NCBI GenBank assembly: GCA_041697335.1 | Contig: JBGUGD010000016.1 | Location: 1 to 64,000, forward strand | Reading direction: 5' to 3' | Length of the DNA: 64,000 nucleotides | From: Vampirovibrionaceae bacterium NZW_1234 | Lineage (GTDB): Bacteria; Cyanobacteriota; Vampirovibrionia; Vampirovibrionales; JAGQHJ01 | Part shown: one piece after another, positions 52,634 through 62,863 of the stretch | Layout: each line of letters opens with the position of its first letter | Position numbering within the stretch: position 1 is the first letter of the stretch | Made by a program: the position numbers and the translations under genes | Notes under the pieces: generated by a model | The model's input: the letters and a program-made list of their open reading frames with translations, nothing else | Told to the model about the DNA's origin: nothing | Databases searched by the model: none

Positions 52634-54205
52634 CTAAGGGGCCTTCTCGGGAACCGTAATGCCCGGGATCTCGGGCAACGGCTTTGGCCCAGGCTGGACC
52701 GGCTTGGGAACGATGGGCTTTGGCAACACAGCTTTGGGTTTGGCTTCTTGAGAGGGTTGCTCTGGGATAGAGGACACGGGAGCAACCGGCATAGGTCCGG
52801 CCGAAGGTGCTCCAGACGATTTGGGTTCTGACGTTGCGGGCGATGAAACCGGGGTCTTCTCACCAGACACGGGCTTCACTTCGGAAGAGGGTGAAGCAGC
52901 AGGCTTTAGGGTTGCTGTTGCAGGCTTCACGGATTGATCTTTGGGGACAGAAGACGTGTTGGCCGTGGATGGCTTTTTGTCATCCGTCTTTGGCTTATCG
53001 GCAGGCTTCTTCGCCGCCTCTTTCGAGGTGGTTGCTTTGTCGGATGCCTTGCCCGAGTCCTTCTCGGCTTTCTTTGTATCGGCAGGAGGTTTCTTTGCCG
53101 CCTCCTCCTTGGAGGAAACCGCTTTGTCAGCCTTGCCTTCATCTTCGGCCGCCGCCTTATCTTCAGCTGCCGGCGCCGCATCAGCAACGGCAGCGCCTTC
53201 AGGAGGCGGCATTAGGCCCTTGAGCCAAGCAATAATCTCTTTGGCCAAGTCCGGATTGTTGTGGAGCATATCCACCCCATGGCCAATGCCTTTGAAGATC
53301 TGAATCTTCTTCTTGCCGAAGGTAAACTTGTAGAGGCGCTGCGCCGATTGGGCAGCATAATTATCTTCTTGGCTGGCAGCGTAAAACACGGCGTTTTCAT
53401 AGTGAGTCATCGGCTCAAAGGTTTGAATCCCGTAGTATTCCAGACCCGGCGACAGAAGAACGAGGGCTTCGACCTGGTTCTGGTGCTGACTTGCGTAATT
53501 CACAGCCAGATTGGCCCCCACGTCGCCGCCAATCATGGCCACTTTATCGACGTTGACATTATTGAATTCGGGCTGTTGCGCAATATGCGCGAGCAAATGC
53601 TTGGGATCGTCGATGGCCTTTTGCCAGCCGACCTTGTCAAAGTCCCGCCAGACCCGGAGTAATTTGCCCCGATAAACGCTGTCCCCATGGCCGCGTAAAT
53701 CGATGGCCAACACCGCATACCCTGCCGCAACCAGATGGCGAGGATACTCCTTCCACTCCCATCGATCACCACTCAGGGTGTGCAGCAAAATAACCAAGGG
53801 GTATTGCACCTTGGCCCGGGGAACCCGTTTGGGGGTTTTCTTCTTGGCTGGGGCTTCTTCACCCTCAGCGGCCCCTTCTTCAGCCGTCGCCTCTTCTTCG
53901 CCAGCAGCTTCTGCCCCCTCTGCTGCCGCTTGCTTTGGCTTATAGGGGCTCATATGGGGCACATACAAATGCCCTTCAACTTTCAACCCGTCCGGCATGA
54001 CAACCGAAATCGGCCGATACGAATCAATGCTGGGCTTGGGAGACGGCGGAAGGACATTCTCGACTGCGACTTCCTCTTCGCCCCCTTCCTCGGCTTCAGC
54101 CCCTTCCTCGGCATTGTCCTGGGGCTTTTGGAAGAATTGGCAGCCGGATAAACTCACGGTCATCGTCAAGAGCAAGGTCAGGAGAGCAAGGCGCTTGAGA
54201 TTCAT
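52634..54205 (-). CDS. Lipoprotein with alpha/beta-hydrolase domain and low-complexity flanks
   Basis: Lipobox LSGC; AIDLRGHG; elbow GGDVG; GHG; Glu/Ala- and Lys/Pro-rich regions. Confidence 0.85.
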   Translation of the reverse strand: MNLKRLALLTLLLTMTVSLSGCQFFQKPQDNAEEGAEAEEGGEEEVAVENVLPPSPKPSIDSYRPISVVMPDGLKVEGHLYVPHMSPYKPKQAAAEGAEAAGEEEATAEEGAAEGEEAPAKKKTPKRVPRAKVQYPLVILLHTLSGDRWEWKEYPRHLVAAGYAVLAIDLRGHGDSVYRGKLLRVWRDFDKVGWQKAIDDPKHLLAHIAQQPEFNNVNVDKVAMIGGDVGANLAVNYASQHQNQVEALVLLSPGLEYYGIQTFEPMTHYENAVFYAASQEDNYAAQSAQRLYKFTFGKKKIQIFKGIGHGVDMLHNNPDLAKEIIAWLKGLMPPPEGAAVADAAPAAEDKAAAEDEGKADKAVSSKEEAAKKPPADTKKAEKDSGKASDKATTSKEAAKKPADKPKTDDKKPSTANTSSVPKDQSVKPATATLKPAASPSSEVKPVSGEKTPVSSPATSEPKSSGAPSAGPMPVAPVSSIPEQPSQEAKPKAVLPKPIVPKPVQPGPKPLPEIPGITVPEKAP

Positions 54206-55518
54206 ACTTGGGCCTCCTGGGTCACTGTCTCAGGCAAGATGAGGGCAAAGGTACTGCCTGCTTCGGAAGTACTTAACAGGGCCACGGTACCGCCATGGGC
54301 CTGAAGAATCTTGCGGCTGTGAGCCAATCCCAACCCGGTGCCATTGCCTTTGGTCGAAAAATAGGGGGTAAACAGCTTTTCCTGGGAGCGGGCGTCCACC
54401 CCACGGCCTTGGTCCTGCACCTTGATAAAGATACGCTTGTCATTGGAGCGAGTGGCCAGAATCACGGACACTTCGGTGGCTTCCTTGGAAGCTTCTAAAG
54501 CATTTTTCACCAGATTAATCAAAGCCTGCTTCAGCCGACGATAGTCGACATGGGCTTGGATGGGCTCTTTGGGCAAGGTCCACGTCAGTGCGACCCCTTT
54601 TTCCTGGTACTTGGGTTCGTACATTTCAGCCACATCGGTCACCAGGTCTCGCAAATCCACCATGGCCAATTCCAGCTCCAGAGGTCGGGCATAGCTGGTG
54701 AGTTCCGACAAGATGCTTTCCAGACTACTGCTGGCGCTTCGAATCAATTGCAGGTTCTTTTCCAAGAGCTGCTTCTGCTCCCCTTCGGACTCCGGGAACT
54801 CGATCCGCTCCACCTGATTCTCGATAAGCTTGGCATAGAGATCAATCAGCCCCAAGGGGTTTCGGATCTCATGGGCAATGACCGAACACAGCTGACCAAT
54901 GGCAGCCAGACGCTCCTGGTCCAGGACCTTGGCATTGAGCTGCTTGACCTGGTTCAGAGCCAGGGTCAGCTCCCGGTTCCGGGTTTCCAGGTTATTGATG
55001 AGCTGGGTAATAAAGCCCGTGACTTTTTCATCATAGCGCCGGTCCAGGGGGGTCTCTTCGATGAGCTGGGCCAGAGTCTCGTGGTTATCCATCAGACCGG
55101 CAACCTGCAGGGCAATGGTCTTGCTGTCGCCCGGGTGGAAGGTCCATCCGCCGTCATACATGCCATACACCTCGTAGGTGGCGGTAGACCAGTACATGGC
55201 GGCACAGAACTGATTGGTCAGAACCAAGAGGAACCCGGCCGAATCGGGGTTCATGGACTCACAGCGCTGGATCTCGTGATCCTCGACTGCAAAGGCCGTA
55301 ATATTGGGCAATTGGGACAGGGACATGCTCAGGGTCATAAAGTCCGGATCACCCAAGACCCGGTGAAACACCAGCCCTTTGAGGTGGTATTGGCGAATAA
55401 TGCGCACAATACTGCTGTACAGGTTCAGGAACGTCTCCCGGGAAAAAAGACCCTGAGACGCGCTTAGATGGCCAAAGAGGCCATCTAAGTTTACTGGTTG
55501 CTCGGTTTGTGGACCCAC
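54202..55518 (-). CDS. Cytoplasmic sensor histidine kinase
   Basis: AHEIRNPL H-box, NLVKNA, DQGRG, FTPYFSTK, GTGLGL; N-terminal region resembles a DICT domain (GGWTFHP). Confidence 0.93.
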   Translation of the reverse strand: MGPQTEQPVNLDGLFGHLSASQGLFSRETFLNLYSSIVRIIRQYHLKGLVFHRVLGDPDFMTLSMSLSQLPNITAFAVEDHEIQRCESMNPDSAGFLLVLTNQFCAAMYWSTATYEVYGMYDGGWTFHPGDSKTIALQVAGLMDNHETLAQLIEETPLDRRYDEKVTGFITQLINNLETRNRELTLALNQVKQLNAKVLDQERLAAIGQLCSVIAHEIRNPLGLIDLYAKLIENQVERIEFPESEGEQKQLLEKNLQLIRSASSSLESILSELTSYARPLELELAMVDLRDLVTDVAEMYEPKYQEKGVALTWTLPKEPIQAHVDYRRLKQALINLVKNALEASKEATEVSVILATRSNDKRIFIKVQDQGRGVDARSQEKLFTPYFSTKGNGTGLGLAHSRKILQAHGGTVALLSTSEAGSTFALILPETVTQEAQV

Positions 55519-55574
55519 AGGTCAATCCACCTCGTACTTCAACCGCCTTCTACTCCACCAGGCGTCTGGTATTA

Positions 55575-56291
55575 TTATACGGCAGGTTTTAGTTTTTCAG
55601 TTGCGTTGCTGGGGGTCACCAGACCATGCTTCAATGCGTAGAGCACCGCTTGAGTCCGGTCGTTGACTTGCAATTTCTGGAAGATGTTGTTGACGTGGGT
55701 TTTCACGGTCGTTTCGCTAATGACCAAGCGATCGGCCACACCTTTGTAGGTAATGCCTTCGGTCAACAGTGCCAGCACTTCTTTCTCCCGGTTGGTCAGG
55801 TAGTTCAACAAGGCCTGGCGTACCGGATCAGGGCGCTGGGTTTGGGTTTGTTTGGTTTGGAATTCATCAAAAAACTTGGTGGCCAAGGACACGGGCAGGA
55901 AGACTTTGCCTTGGGCGATGTCCAAAATGGCCTGACGCAGTTGCGAGGTCACCATGGTTTTCAGGATGTAGCCTTTGGCCCCGGATTGCATGGCCCGGAA
56001 CACCAGGTCCGGATCGTCGTAGCCGGTCAAGGTCAAAATCTTGATGTTGGGTTTTTGTTCCAGGATGGCCTCAATGGTGGTGATCCCATCCATTTCAGGC
56101 ATGTTCAGGTCCATTAAAATAATGTCGGCTTCGACTTTACCGATCTTCTGGATGGCTTCCTGACCGCTGGTGGCAATACCCACAACTTTCATCCCGTTTT
56201 CCATTTCGATCAATTGGCGAATGCCTGCGCTGTGGTTGGTATTGTCATCCACAATAAAGATACGGAAGAAACGCTTGTCCAATTCTCTCAT
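55575..56291 (-). CDS. NarL family response regulator
   Basis: REC domain (ILMDLNMP) plus LuxR HTH (LTNREKEVL...TVKTHV); adjacent to the kinase gene. Confidence 0.95.
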   Translation of the reverse strand: MRELDKRFFRIFIVDDNTNHSAGIRQLIEMENGMKVVGIATSGQEAIQKIGKVEADIILMDLNMPEMDGITTIEAILEQKPNIKILTLTGYDDPDLVFRAMQSGAKGYILKTMVTSQLRQAILDIAQGKVFLPVSLATKFFDEFQTKQTQTQRPDPVRQALLNYLTNREKEVLALLTEGITYKGVADRLVISETTVKTHVNNIFQKLQVNDRTQAVLYALKHGLVTPSNATEKLKPAV

Positions 56292-56648
56292 TTGTTACAG
56301 TGCCTCCTAAGCTCCACTCACACCGGATCATGGATTTGTACACTACACTCTCTGGGTACAGGGCGCTTTGGATTGGATTAGCAGAATCACTCCTCTATCC
56401 AAAGCACACTGTATAGAGTAGTGTAGTGGAGAACGTCAGGCGCGCTCATCCGCTAAAGGTTGGAAATGACGACAGCCAAGGGGTCAATCATGGCATCCAC
56501 CCTTTGGTCTACAAATGGCCTAAAACCCTTTCCCTGAGGGCACTTTTTCCCAACCTTCTTCTCACCCGGGACCAAAGCCGCTACAATTTTTACTGTAGTG
56601 TCAGGCTCCTCCACGGGGTCTACAGAGCTTATGGGAGCCAGCGCACCG

Positions 56649-57011
56649 ATGATGGGTAAACGTTTCCTCTGTCAAAACGAGACCCGTGCCGTGGTCATCG
56701 GGGATCGGATTCGAAAGGCCGACCATTATTTCTCTCGGCTTTTCGGGCTCTTGCCCAAATCCAGCCTTGAGCCGGGCGAAGGACTATGGATCTACCCCTG
56801 CAATGACATCCACTCCATTGGCATGCGCTTTCGCTTTGATGCCCTCTTTCTGGACAAGGAACTCCGGGTGGTTCACCTGGTTGAAGATATGGGGCCTTGG
56901 AAGGTAACCCCCATCATCCGCCAGGCCAAAAGTGTCCTGGAGCTGGGCAGCGGTGTCATTGCCCAAACCGGCACCCAGCTTGGGGATCAGCTCTCATTTA
57001 AACAGCAGTAG
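56649..57011 (+). CDS. DUF192 domain protein
   Basis: RLFGLL, IHSIGMRFRFDALFLD, VLEL; start approximate. Confidence 0.85.
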   Translation: MMGKRFLCQNETRAVVIGDRIRKADHYFSRLFGLLPKSSLEPGEGLWIYPCNDIHSIGMRFRFDALFLDKELRVVHLVEDMGPWKVTPIIRQAKSVLELGSGVIAQTGTQLGDQLSFKQQ

Positions 57012-57156
57012 CGTTACATTTTGTTACACACTAGCACCCTTCATGATTGAGGGGCATTAGGACAACTACCCCATATGATTGGAGCCTGGCCTTGGGTCAT
57101 CGGCCGTCGTTTGGTGTGTCTAAATACTGCCTGCAATCGTATATAGGAATCGAGTT

Positions 57157-59262
57157 ATGGATCGCATTTCATCCGTGCGTGCGGCTCACGTGCGCCCACT
57201 GGCTACGGCCACACCCCCTCATGAACTGAAGGCCCCCCGGTTCGGCTCCACCTCTTGGCCCGATGGCGCCGAGCCACCGGAAGATCAATTTGATCAGGGC
57301 GATACCCGCAGTTTGGAGGATCGCCGAGCGGCCCGAAGAGCGGCCTTAGCGGAACAGACCCTGAAATTTGTTCGAAGAAACACGACAAAACTAACCGAAG
57401 ACCATCCCACATTAAAACCCTATGCCGACTTTGCCCAGCTTCGGCCCAAAGAAGTGACCAAGCTGGCCCAAATCACGCAACGCACCTGGCTTCGCCATGC
57501 CTATATCAATTCCTATAACCCTGAGCTGGTCCAAGGCATGTTGCTCTCACTTCGCAAAGAACTGCCCGCCGAGGTCCCCATCATTCAAGTCAACGGGGAA
57601 GCCGCACTGAAACTTCTCAGCAACCCCGGCAAACTCAAGGACCTGTTGTCGTCCAGGAAACGGTATTATCCCTCGGATGATGATGAGGGCACGACCTCGG
57701 GCAAGGCGAAAAAATCCTCAAACGTGATTCCCCAGGTCTTAGCCGCCTTTCAACAGCAGTATGGCATTGACCCTCAAAAACCCTGTGTCCTGGTCATTAA
57801 TGATGTGGCCTTGAACGATATGAAGGGCCTCAGCAAAAAACTCAAAGCCCTGGATGAACAGTTTCCCAATCTTCACCTCATCATCAATGGCAAGCCCGCC
57901 GCCATGAAAGAAGACCTGGGCATTCCCATGCCCCCGTTTATTAAGCAGATGATGGGCGCCATGCAAAATGCCATCGGGGCCCGGATGAACAACATTGATA
58001 TTATTCATGTGCCACATCTGTCGCCGGATGAATGGCAACGGGTGCTCAGCTCCAAGAACAACCCGGCCGGTGAGGTCTTTCATCGTATTTTGGACAAGAA
58101 CCAAATTCAGCTGGATGATGACGCCCTGCATGCCTTTTTGCAGGCGGTGAGTGTCCAATACGATGAAAAGCCCAAGCAGGAAGACATTCTCGCCGAACTG
58201 GATCAGTTCACGGCCTTCGTGAACCGCACCAACAAAAGAGGCCCTAAGACCGCCACCAGCAACGATGTCCAACGCTACATCCGGGAGGAACTGGGCGAGC
58301 GAAACCGTAGTGAAGACATCAACCCCTTTGAAGAGCTGGGTGCCGCTATGCAGGTGCCCAACCCCTTTAAGGTCCTGAAGCATTGCACCACGACCTTTAG
58401 CGATGTCGTCGGACATGAGAAAGCCAAAGAAGCCATTATTGATGTCTTAGACCCCCTTAACCGGGCGCTCTACAACGCCTCCAGCGGTAATGCCCAATCC
58501 AACGTCACCACGGTACTCCTAACCGGGCCTCCAGGGACGGGAAAAACCGAGTTGGCCAAAGCCGCTGCCGGTGAAAACCAAGGGACGTTCATCACAGCCA
58601 ACGCCTCGGAACTGATTAACCCGTTTCAGGCTTCGGGCTCTACCAACGTCAAACGGCTCACCAAGCTGGTACAATCGGCCAGCAGCGATGTGGTCGTGGT
58701 CTTCATCGATGAAATCGATGCTGTGGGCAATCGGGACACCATGGGCTCCGGGGAAGAACACCGGACCTTAAACAGCCTGCTCACCAGCATCCAGGGAGCC
58801 GGCACCAAGTTCAACAAGACGGTTTTGTTCATGTTTGCCACCAACAAGCCTGATAGCCTGGATTCCGCCTTCCTCAGCCGGATGCAGCGGCAAATTGAAA
58901 TCCTGCCGCCCAACCACGAAGAACGCAAAGGCATGTGGCAGCTTCACTTGGCCAAAAACCGGATTAGCCCGGATGACTCCGTCAACTTCGATACCCTGGC
59001 CAAGTTGAGCAAGGATCGGGTGGGTCGGGACATTAGCACCATGGTCGGCATCTTGAAAAAGCAACTGATCCGCAAATTACCCCGGGCCGAAAAACAACGG
59101 ATCGTCTCCGACCCGGTTCTGCTGAAAAATGTGAGCTTTACTGCCACTCAAGCCGACATTACAGCCTGCATACGACTGTTTAATGACGAACACAGCCACG
59201 GCAGTGCCAAACGCGGTCACATGGGGTTTGTTCCACCATCTCAGACGGATACGCCCGACTAG
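57157..59262 (+). CDS. Classical AAA+ ATPase with long unique N-terminal region
   Basis: FSDVVG, GPPGTGKT, VFIDEID, ATNKPDSLDSAFLSR (SRH); no TM segment or HEXXH, so not FtsH. Confidence 0.85.
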   Translation: MDRISSVRAAHVRPLATATPPHELKAPRFGSTSWPDGAEPPEDQFDQGDTRSLEDRRAARRAALAEQTLKFVRRNTTKLTEDHPTLKPYADFAQLRPKEVTKLAQITQRTWLRHAYINSYNPELVQGMLLSLRKELPAEVPIIQVNGEAALKLLSNPGKLKDLLSSRKRYYPSDDDEGTTSGKAKKSSNVIPQVLAAFQQQYGIDPQKPCVLVINDVALNDMKGLSKKLKALDEQFPNLHLIINGKPAAMKEDLGIPMPPFIKQMMGAMQNAIGARMNNIDIIHVPHLSPDEWQRVLSSKNNPAGEVFHRILDKNQIQLDDDALHAFLQAVSVQYDEKPKQEDILAELDQFTAFVNRTNKRGPKTATSNDVQRYIREELGERNRSEDINPFEELGAAMQVPNPFKVLKHCTTTFSDVVGHEKAKEAIIDVLDPLNRALYNASSGNAQSNVTTVLLTGPPGTGKTELAKAAAGENQGTFITANASELINPFQASGSTNVKRLTKLVQSASSDVVVVFIDEIDAVGNRDTMGSGEEHRTLNSLLTSIQGAGTKFNKTVLFMFATNKPDSLDSAFLSRMQRQIEILPPNHEERKGMWQLHLAKNRISPDDSVNFDTLAKLSKDRVGRDISTMVGILKKQLIRKLPRAEKQRIVSDPVLLKNVSFTATQADITACIRLFNDEHSHGSAKRGHMGFVPPSQTDTPD

Positions 59263-59478
59263 CATGGGACTCTCTTATCTGCAGTCCTGGGGGGTGCTAT
59301 GCCTCTCCCCCGGACAGCCCGGTTAGGGTATCTGACCTCCCCCAATTGAAGGAGAAGCCCACATTTGTCGATAGATCGGTTAGGACCACCACGGATTGAT
59401 CCAACCCCGTGTTTGACAGATCATACGAGTGATCAATGTGACAACACTCTAGGATGGGTCACACTAAGGAGGTATATA

Positions 59479-61062
59479 GTGGATTTAGTCACGTATTGTG
59501 GGCTCAAAAGCTCTAAAACCCAACATTATCAGTTATCGGTCCCCGAGCTGGTGGAAATGGCACTGGCACGGGGAGAAGGTCAACTGTCTGACACAGGGGC
59601 ACTCATCATTCAAACAGGGAAATATACCGGTCGTTCACCGAATGACCGGTTTATTGTTGATGACGCCCTGACGCATACTACCGTGGACTGGGGTAAAGTC
59701 AACAAGCCTACCAGCCCGGAGGTGTTTGACAAGGTTTTTGCCAAGATGAAAGCCTATTTGGCAGACAAAGAGCTGTTTGTGTACGACGGCTTTGCCGGAG
59801 CCGACCCGATGTATGCTATGCCGGTCCGGTTCATCAACGAAAACGCCTCGCAAAGTCTCTTTGTGCACCAGTTGTTCATTCGCCCCACGGCTGCCCAACT
59901 GGCCGCATTCCATCCGGAATTTACCGTCATCTGTGCCCCCGGCCTGCAACTGGATCCGGCCACCGATGGCGTCAACTCGGAAGCCGCCATCCTTCTCAAT
60001 TTTGAGAAGAAAATGATCCTCATTGCCGCCACCCAATACTGTGGGGAGATGAAGAAGTCCATCTTCTCGTCGTTGAACTTCATGATGCCTGAGCGCAACG
60101 TATTCCCGATGCACTGCTCGGCCAATGTCGGTCTGGACGGCAAATCGGCCTTGTTTTTCGGTCTTTCTGGCACCGGAAAAACGACGCTTTCGGCTGATCC
60201 TGAGCGTATTTTGATTGGCGATGACGAGCATGGCTGGTCCGATCACGGCATCTTTAACTTCGAGGGCGGCTGTTATGCCAAGGCCATCCGCCTGTCTCAG
60301 GAAAACGAACCCGAGATTTGGGATGCCATTCGCTTTGGGGCCGTTGGGGAAAATATTGTCATTGACCCCAAAACCCGACAAGTCAACTATGACGATGATC
60401 GCTACACAGAAAACACTCGGGTGGGCTACCCCATTCACTACATTCCCAATGCCAGCCCCACCGGGTCAGCGGGCCATCCGTCCACCATCATCTTTTTAAC
60501 CGCGGATGCCTTCGGGGTCATGCCGCCCATTGCCAAACTCACTATGGAGCAGGCCCAATACCACTTTATCAGTGGCTACACCAGCAAGCTGGCTGGCACC
60601 GAGCGAGGCATTGTGGAACCTCAAGCCGCCTTTTCCACCTGTTTTGGGGCTCCGTTTATGCCACGCCCCTCGTCGGTCTATGCGCATCTTCTTAAAGAAC
60701 GCATTGATGCTCACAAAGTCAATGTTTACTTGATTAATACCGGCTGGCAAGGGGGTCCCTACGGCGTGGGCAAACGCATCAGCATTCCCCACACCCGGGC
60801 CATGGTTCATGCGGCCTTGAACGGGGATCTGGAAAAGGAATCCTTCTGGACCCATCCGATCTTCAACATCCTGGTGCCCAAGAACTGTCCCGGTGTGCCG
60901 TCCGCGATTCTTGATCCCCAAAGCACCTGGGCCGATCCCAAGGCCTATGAGGCCGCGGCCTTTAAACTGGCGCAGATGTTTATTGACAACTTCAAGCAAT
61001 TTTCAGACGTGTCGCACTTGGAGGCGGTCGGCCCCCAGGTGGTTGAGAGTGTCATGGCCTAA
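59479..61062 (+). CDS. pckA: Phosphoenolpyruvate carboxykinase (ATP)
   Basis: TGRSPND, GEMKKS, GLSGTGKTTLS, IGDDEHGW, NFEGGCYAK; GTG 59479 with AAGGAGG SD. Confidence 0.98.
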   Translation: MDLVTYCGLKSSKTQHYQLSVPELVEMALARGEGQLSDTGALIIQTGKYTGRSPNDRFIVDDALTHTTVDWGKVNKPTSPEVFDKVFAKMKAYLADKELFVYDGFAGADPMYAMPVRFINENASQSLFVHQLFIRPTAAQLAAFHPEFTVICAPGLQLDPATDGVNSEAAILLNFEKKMILIAATQYCGEMKKSIFSSLNFMMPERNVFPMHCSANVGLDGKSALFFGLSGTGKTTLSADPERILIGDDEHGWSDHGIFNFEGGCYAKAIRLSQENEPEIWDAIRFGAVGENIVIDPKTRQVNYDDDRYTENTRVGYPIHYIPNASPTGSAGHPSTIIFLTADAFGVMPPIAKLTMEQAQYHFISGYTSKLAGTERGIVEPQAAFSTCFGAPFMPRPSSVYAHLLKERIDAHKVNVYLINTGWQGGPYGVGKRISIPHTRAMVHAALNGDLEKESFWTHPIFNILVPKNCPGVPSAILDPQSTWADPKAYEAAAFKLAQMFIDNFKQFSDVSHLEAVGPQVVESVMA

Positions 61063-61127
61063 CAGGTGACGCTCTCGACCTCTCAGCACTATTCACGGCT
61101 GATTTAAGTCATTCAGGCTGTGCTTTC

Positions 61128-61163
61128 GTCCCACCGTGGCATACAGATCGATCACGGTGGGAC
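61128..61163 (+). terminator. Stem-loop downstream of pckA
   Basis: GTCCCACCGTG-N14-CACGGTGGGAC followed by TTGGCTTT. Confidence 0.5.
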
Positions 61164-61251
61164 TTGGCTTTGTCTCCGGTTTATAATGGGGGGCACCTCT
61201 GTCCGAGAGACCAGAGGCCAGACACACTGTTGAATCACGAGGTTGAATCAC

Positions 61252-62028
61252 ATGGGCGAGATTGCGCTTTATTCCTGGAACGTTAATGGTATTCGGGCCG
61301 TGCATAAAAAAGGCTTTTTGGACTGGGTCACCCAAACCCAGCCCGATATTCTGGGGCTTCAGGAAACCAAGATCAGTGCCGAGCAATTGACCCCGGATTT
61401 AACCGAGATTCCAGGCTATCGCTCCTATTGGACCCACCCGCATACGAAAAAAGGGTACAGCGGGGTCGCCATTTTTACCAAACAAGAACCCGTGAGTGTG
61501 AAAGAAGGCTTGGGTGTGCCGGATTACGATGAAGAGGGCCGCACCCTGATTGCCGAGTTCGACACCTTCGTGCTGTTTAACATCTACTTCCCCAACGGCC
61601 AGCGTGGGGATGATCGCCTGCAATACAAGATGGGCTTTTATGATGCCTTTTTGGATGTGTTTAATGCTTACCGGGCCAAGGGAAAACCCTTGATTGTCTG
61701 TGGGGATTTCAACACGGCCCATAAACCCATTGATTTGGCACGGCCCAAGGAAAACGAAAAAGTCTCCGGCTTTTTGCCCATTGAGCGGGCCTGGATGGAT
61801 AAATTCGTGGGCGAAGGCTATTTGGATACCTTCCGTCTGGTGAATCAGGAACCCAACCAGTATTCGTGGTGGAATATGCGCTCCAGAGCCCGGGAACGAA
61901 ACGTAGGGTGGCGGATTGACTACTTCTTTATGACACCGGATCTGGAGCCTCGGATGACGGGAGCCGCTATCCATCCGGAGGTTATGGGCTCCGATCATTG
62001 CCCCGTGAGCCTAAAACTGGCCTCCTAA
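61252..62028 (+). CDS. xth: Exodeoxyribonuclease III / AP endonuclease
   Basis: SWNVNGIRA, LQETK, GDFNTAH, GWRIDYF, SDHCP. Confidence 0.96.
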   Translation: MGEIALYSWNVNGIRAVHKKGFLDWVTQTQPDILGLQETKISAEQLTPDLTEIPGYRSYWTHPHTKKGYSGVAIFTKQEPVSVKEGLGVPDYDEEGRTLIAEFDTFVLFNIYFPNGQRGDDRLQYKMGFYDAFLDVFNAYRAKGKPLIVCGDFNTAHKPIDLARPKENEKVSGFLPIERAWMDKFVGEGYLDTFRLVNQEPNQYSWWNMRSRARERNVGWRIDYFFMTPDLEPRMTGAAIHPEVMGSDHCPVSLKLAS

Positions 62029-62031
62029 CCC

Positions 62032-62838
62032 ATGGCCCGAGTCGCAACACGGCCCAAACTCAAATACCCAGACTGGGATGCGCTCGCAGAGCAGTTTTGT
62101 CAGGCCGAATTCATTGCCGATGATCCCATTTCCCTGCCCCATGCCTTTGGGCATTTACCGGATTGGCGCAATGTGGAATGCATGGCCTTTCTCGCGGCCC
62201 TGTTCAGTTATGGCCGACGGGACAAGATTCGACAAACCCTTCATCAGATTGCAGCCCCCTTGGGCGAAAACCCGGTAGAGGCCGTGATGGATTTTTCAAA
62301 AAAGGAGTGGCAGCGCTGTTTCAAGGGGTTTTATTATCGCTTTAATACGGCAGAGGACCTGGTGTTTCTGTTGACGCGCCTGGGCGAGATTTACCGCTCC
62401 GACGATACGAGCTTAAAAGGCCTCTGGTGCCGGACCACAGACCAGAAAACGTCCCTGGCCGAGAAGATCCATGCCTTTCGCCAGGCGTTTTTGACCGACG
62501 GCCTGAGCCCAGCGCCCGAGACCTACGGGATGAAGTTCCTGATGGCCGATCCGCTTCAAAACAGTGCCGCCAAACGCTTCAATATGTTTCTGCGCTGGAT
62601 GGTCCGTCATGATGCGGTGGATTTTGGCCTCTGGGCTGATATCCTGTCGCCTTCGGAATTAATTTTCCCGCTGGACACCCATGTAGCCACCATAGCTCGC
62701 CAATACCGCATTACCCGGCGCAAATCCAACGACTGGAAAACGGCCGAAGAGATTACAGGCTACTTTCGAAAGCGCTGCCCCAGCGATCCGGTGCGCTACG
62801 ACTTTGCCCTCTTTGGCTTGGGGGTTACGAAATCCTAG
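62032..62838 (+). CDS. TIGR02757/DUF2400 family protein
   Basis: DPISLPH, SAAKRFNMFLRWMVR, PLDTHV, DPVRYDFALFG. Confidence 0.92.
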   Translation: MARVATRPKLKYPDWDALAEQFCQAEFIADDPISLPHAFGHLPDWRNVECMAFLAALFSYGRRDKIRQTLHQIAAPLGENPVEAVMDFSKKEWQRCFKGFYYRFNTAEDLVFLLTRLGEIYRSDDTSLKGLWCRTTDQKTSLAEKIHAFRQAFLTDGLSPAPETYGMKFLMADPLQNSAAKRFNMFLRWMVRHDAVDFGLWADILSPSELIFPLDTHVATIARQYRITRRKSNDWKTAEEITGYFRKRCPSDPVRYDFALFGLGVTKS

Positions 62839-62863
62839 AGCACCGAGTAGGTGTGGTTAGACC

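Noticed and set aside
57157..59262. Calling the AAA ATPase ftsH
   Set aside because: No transmembrane helices or HEXXH protease domain.
54550..60438. Long antisense ORFs (54550..55467, 57739..58416, 59635..60438)
   Set aside because: They lie opposite well-supported genes in GC3-rich sequence and have no motifs of their own.
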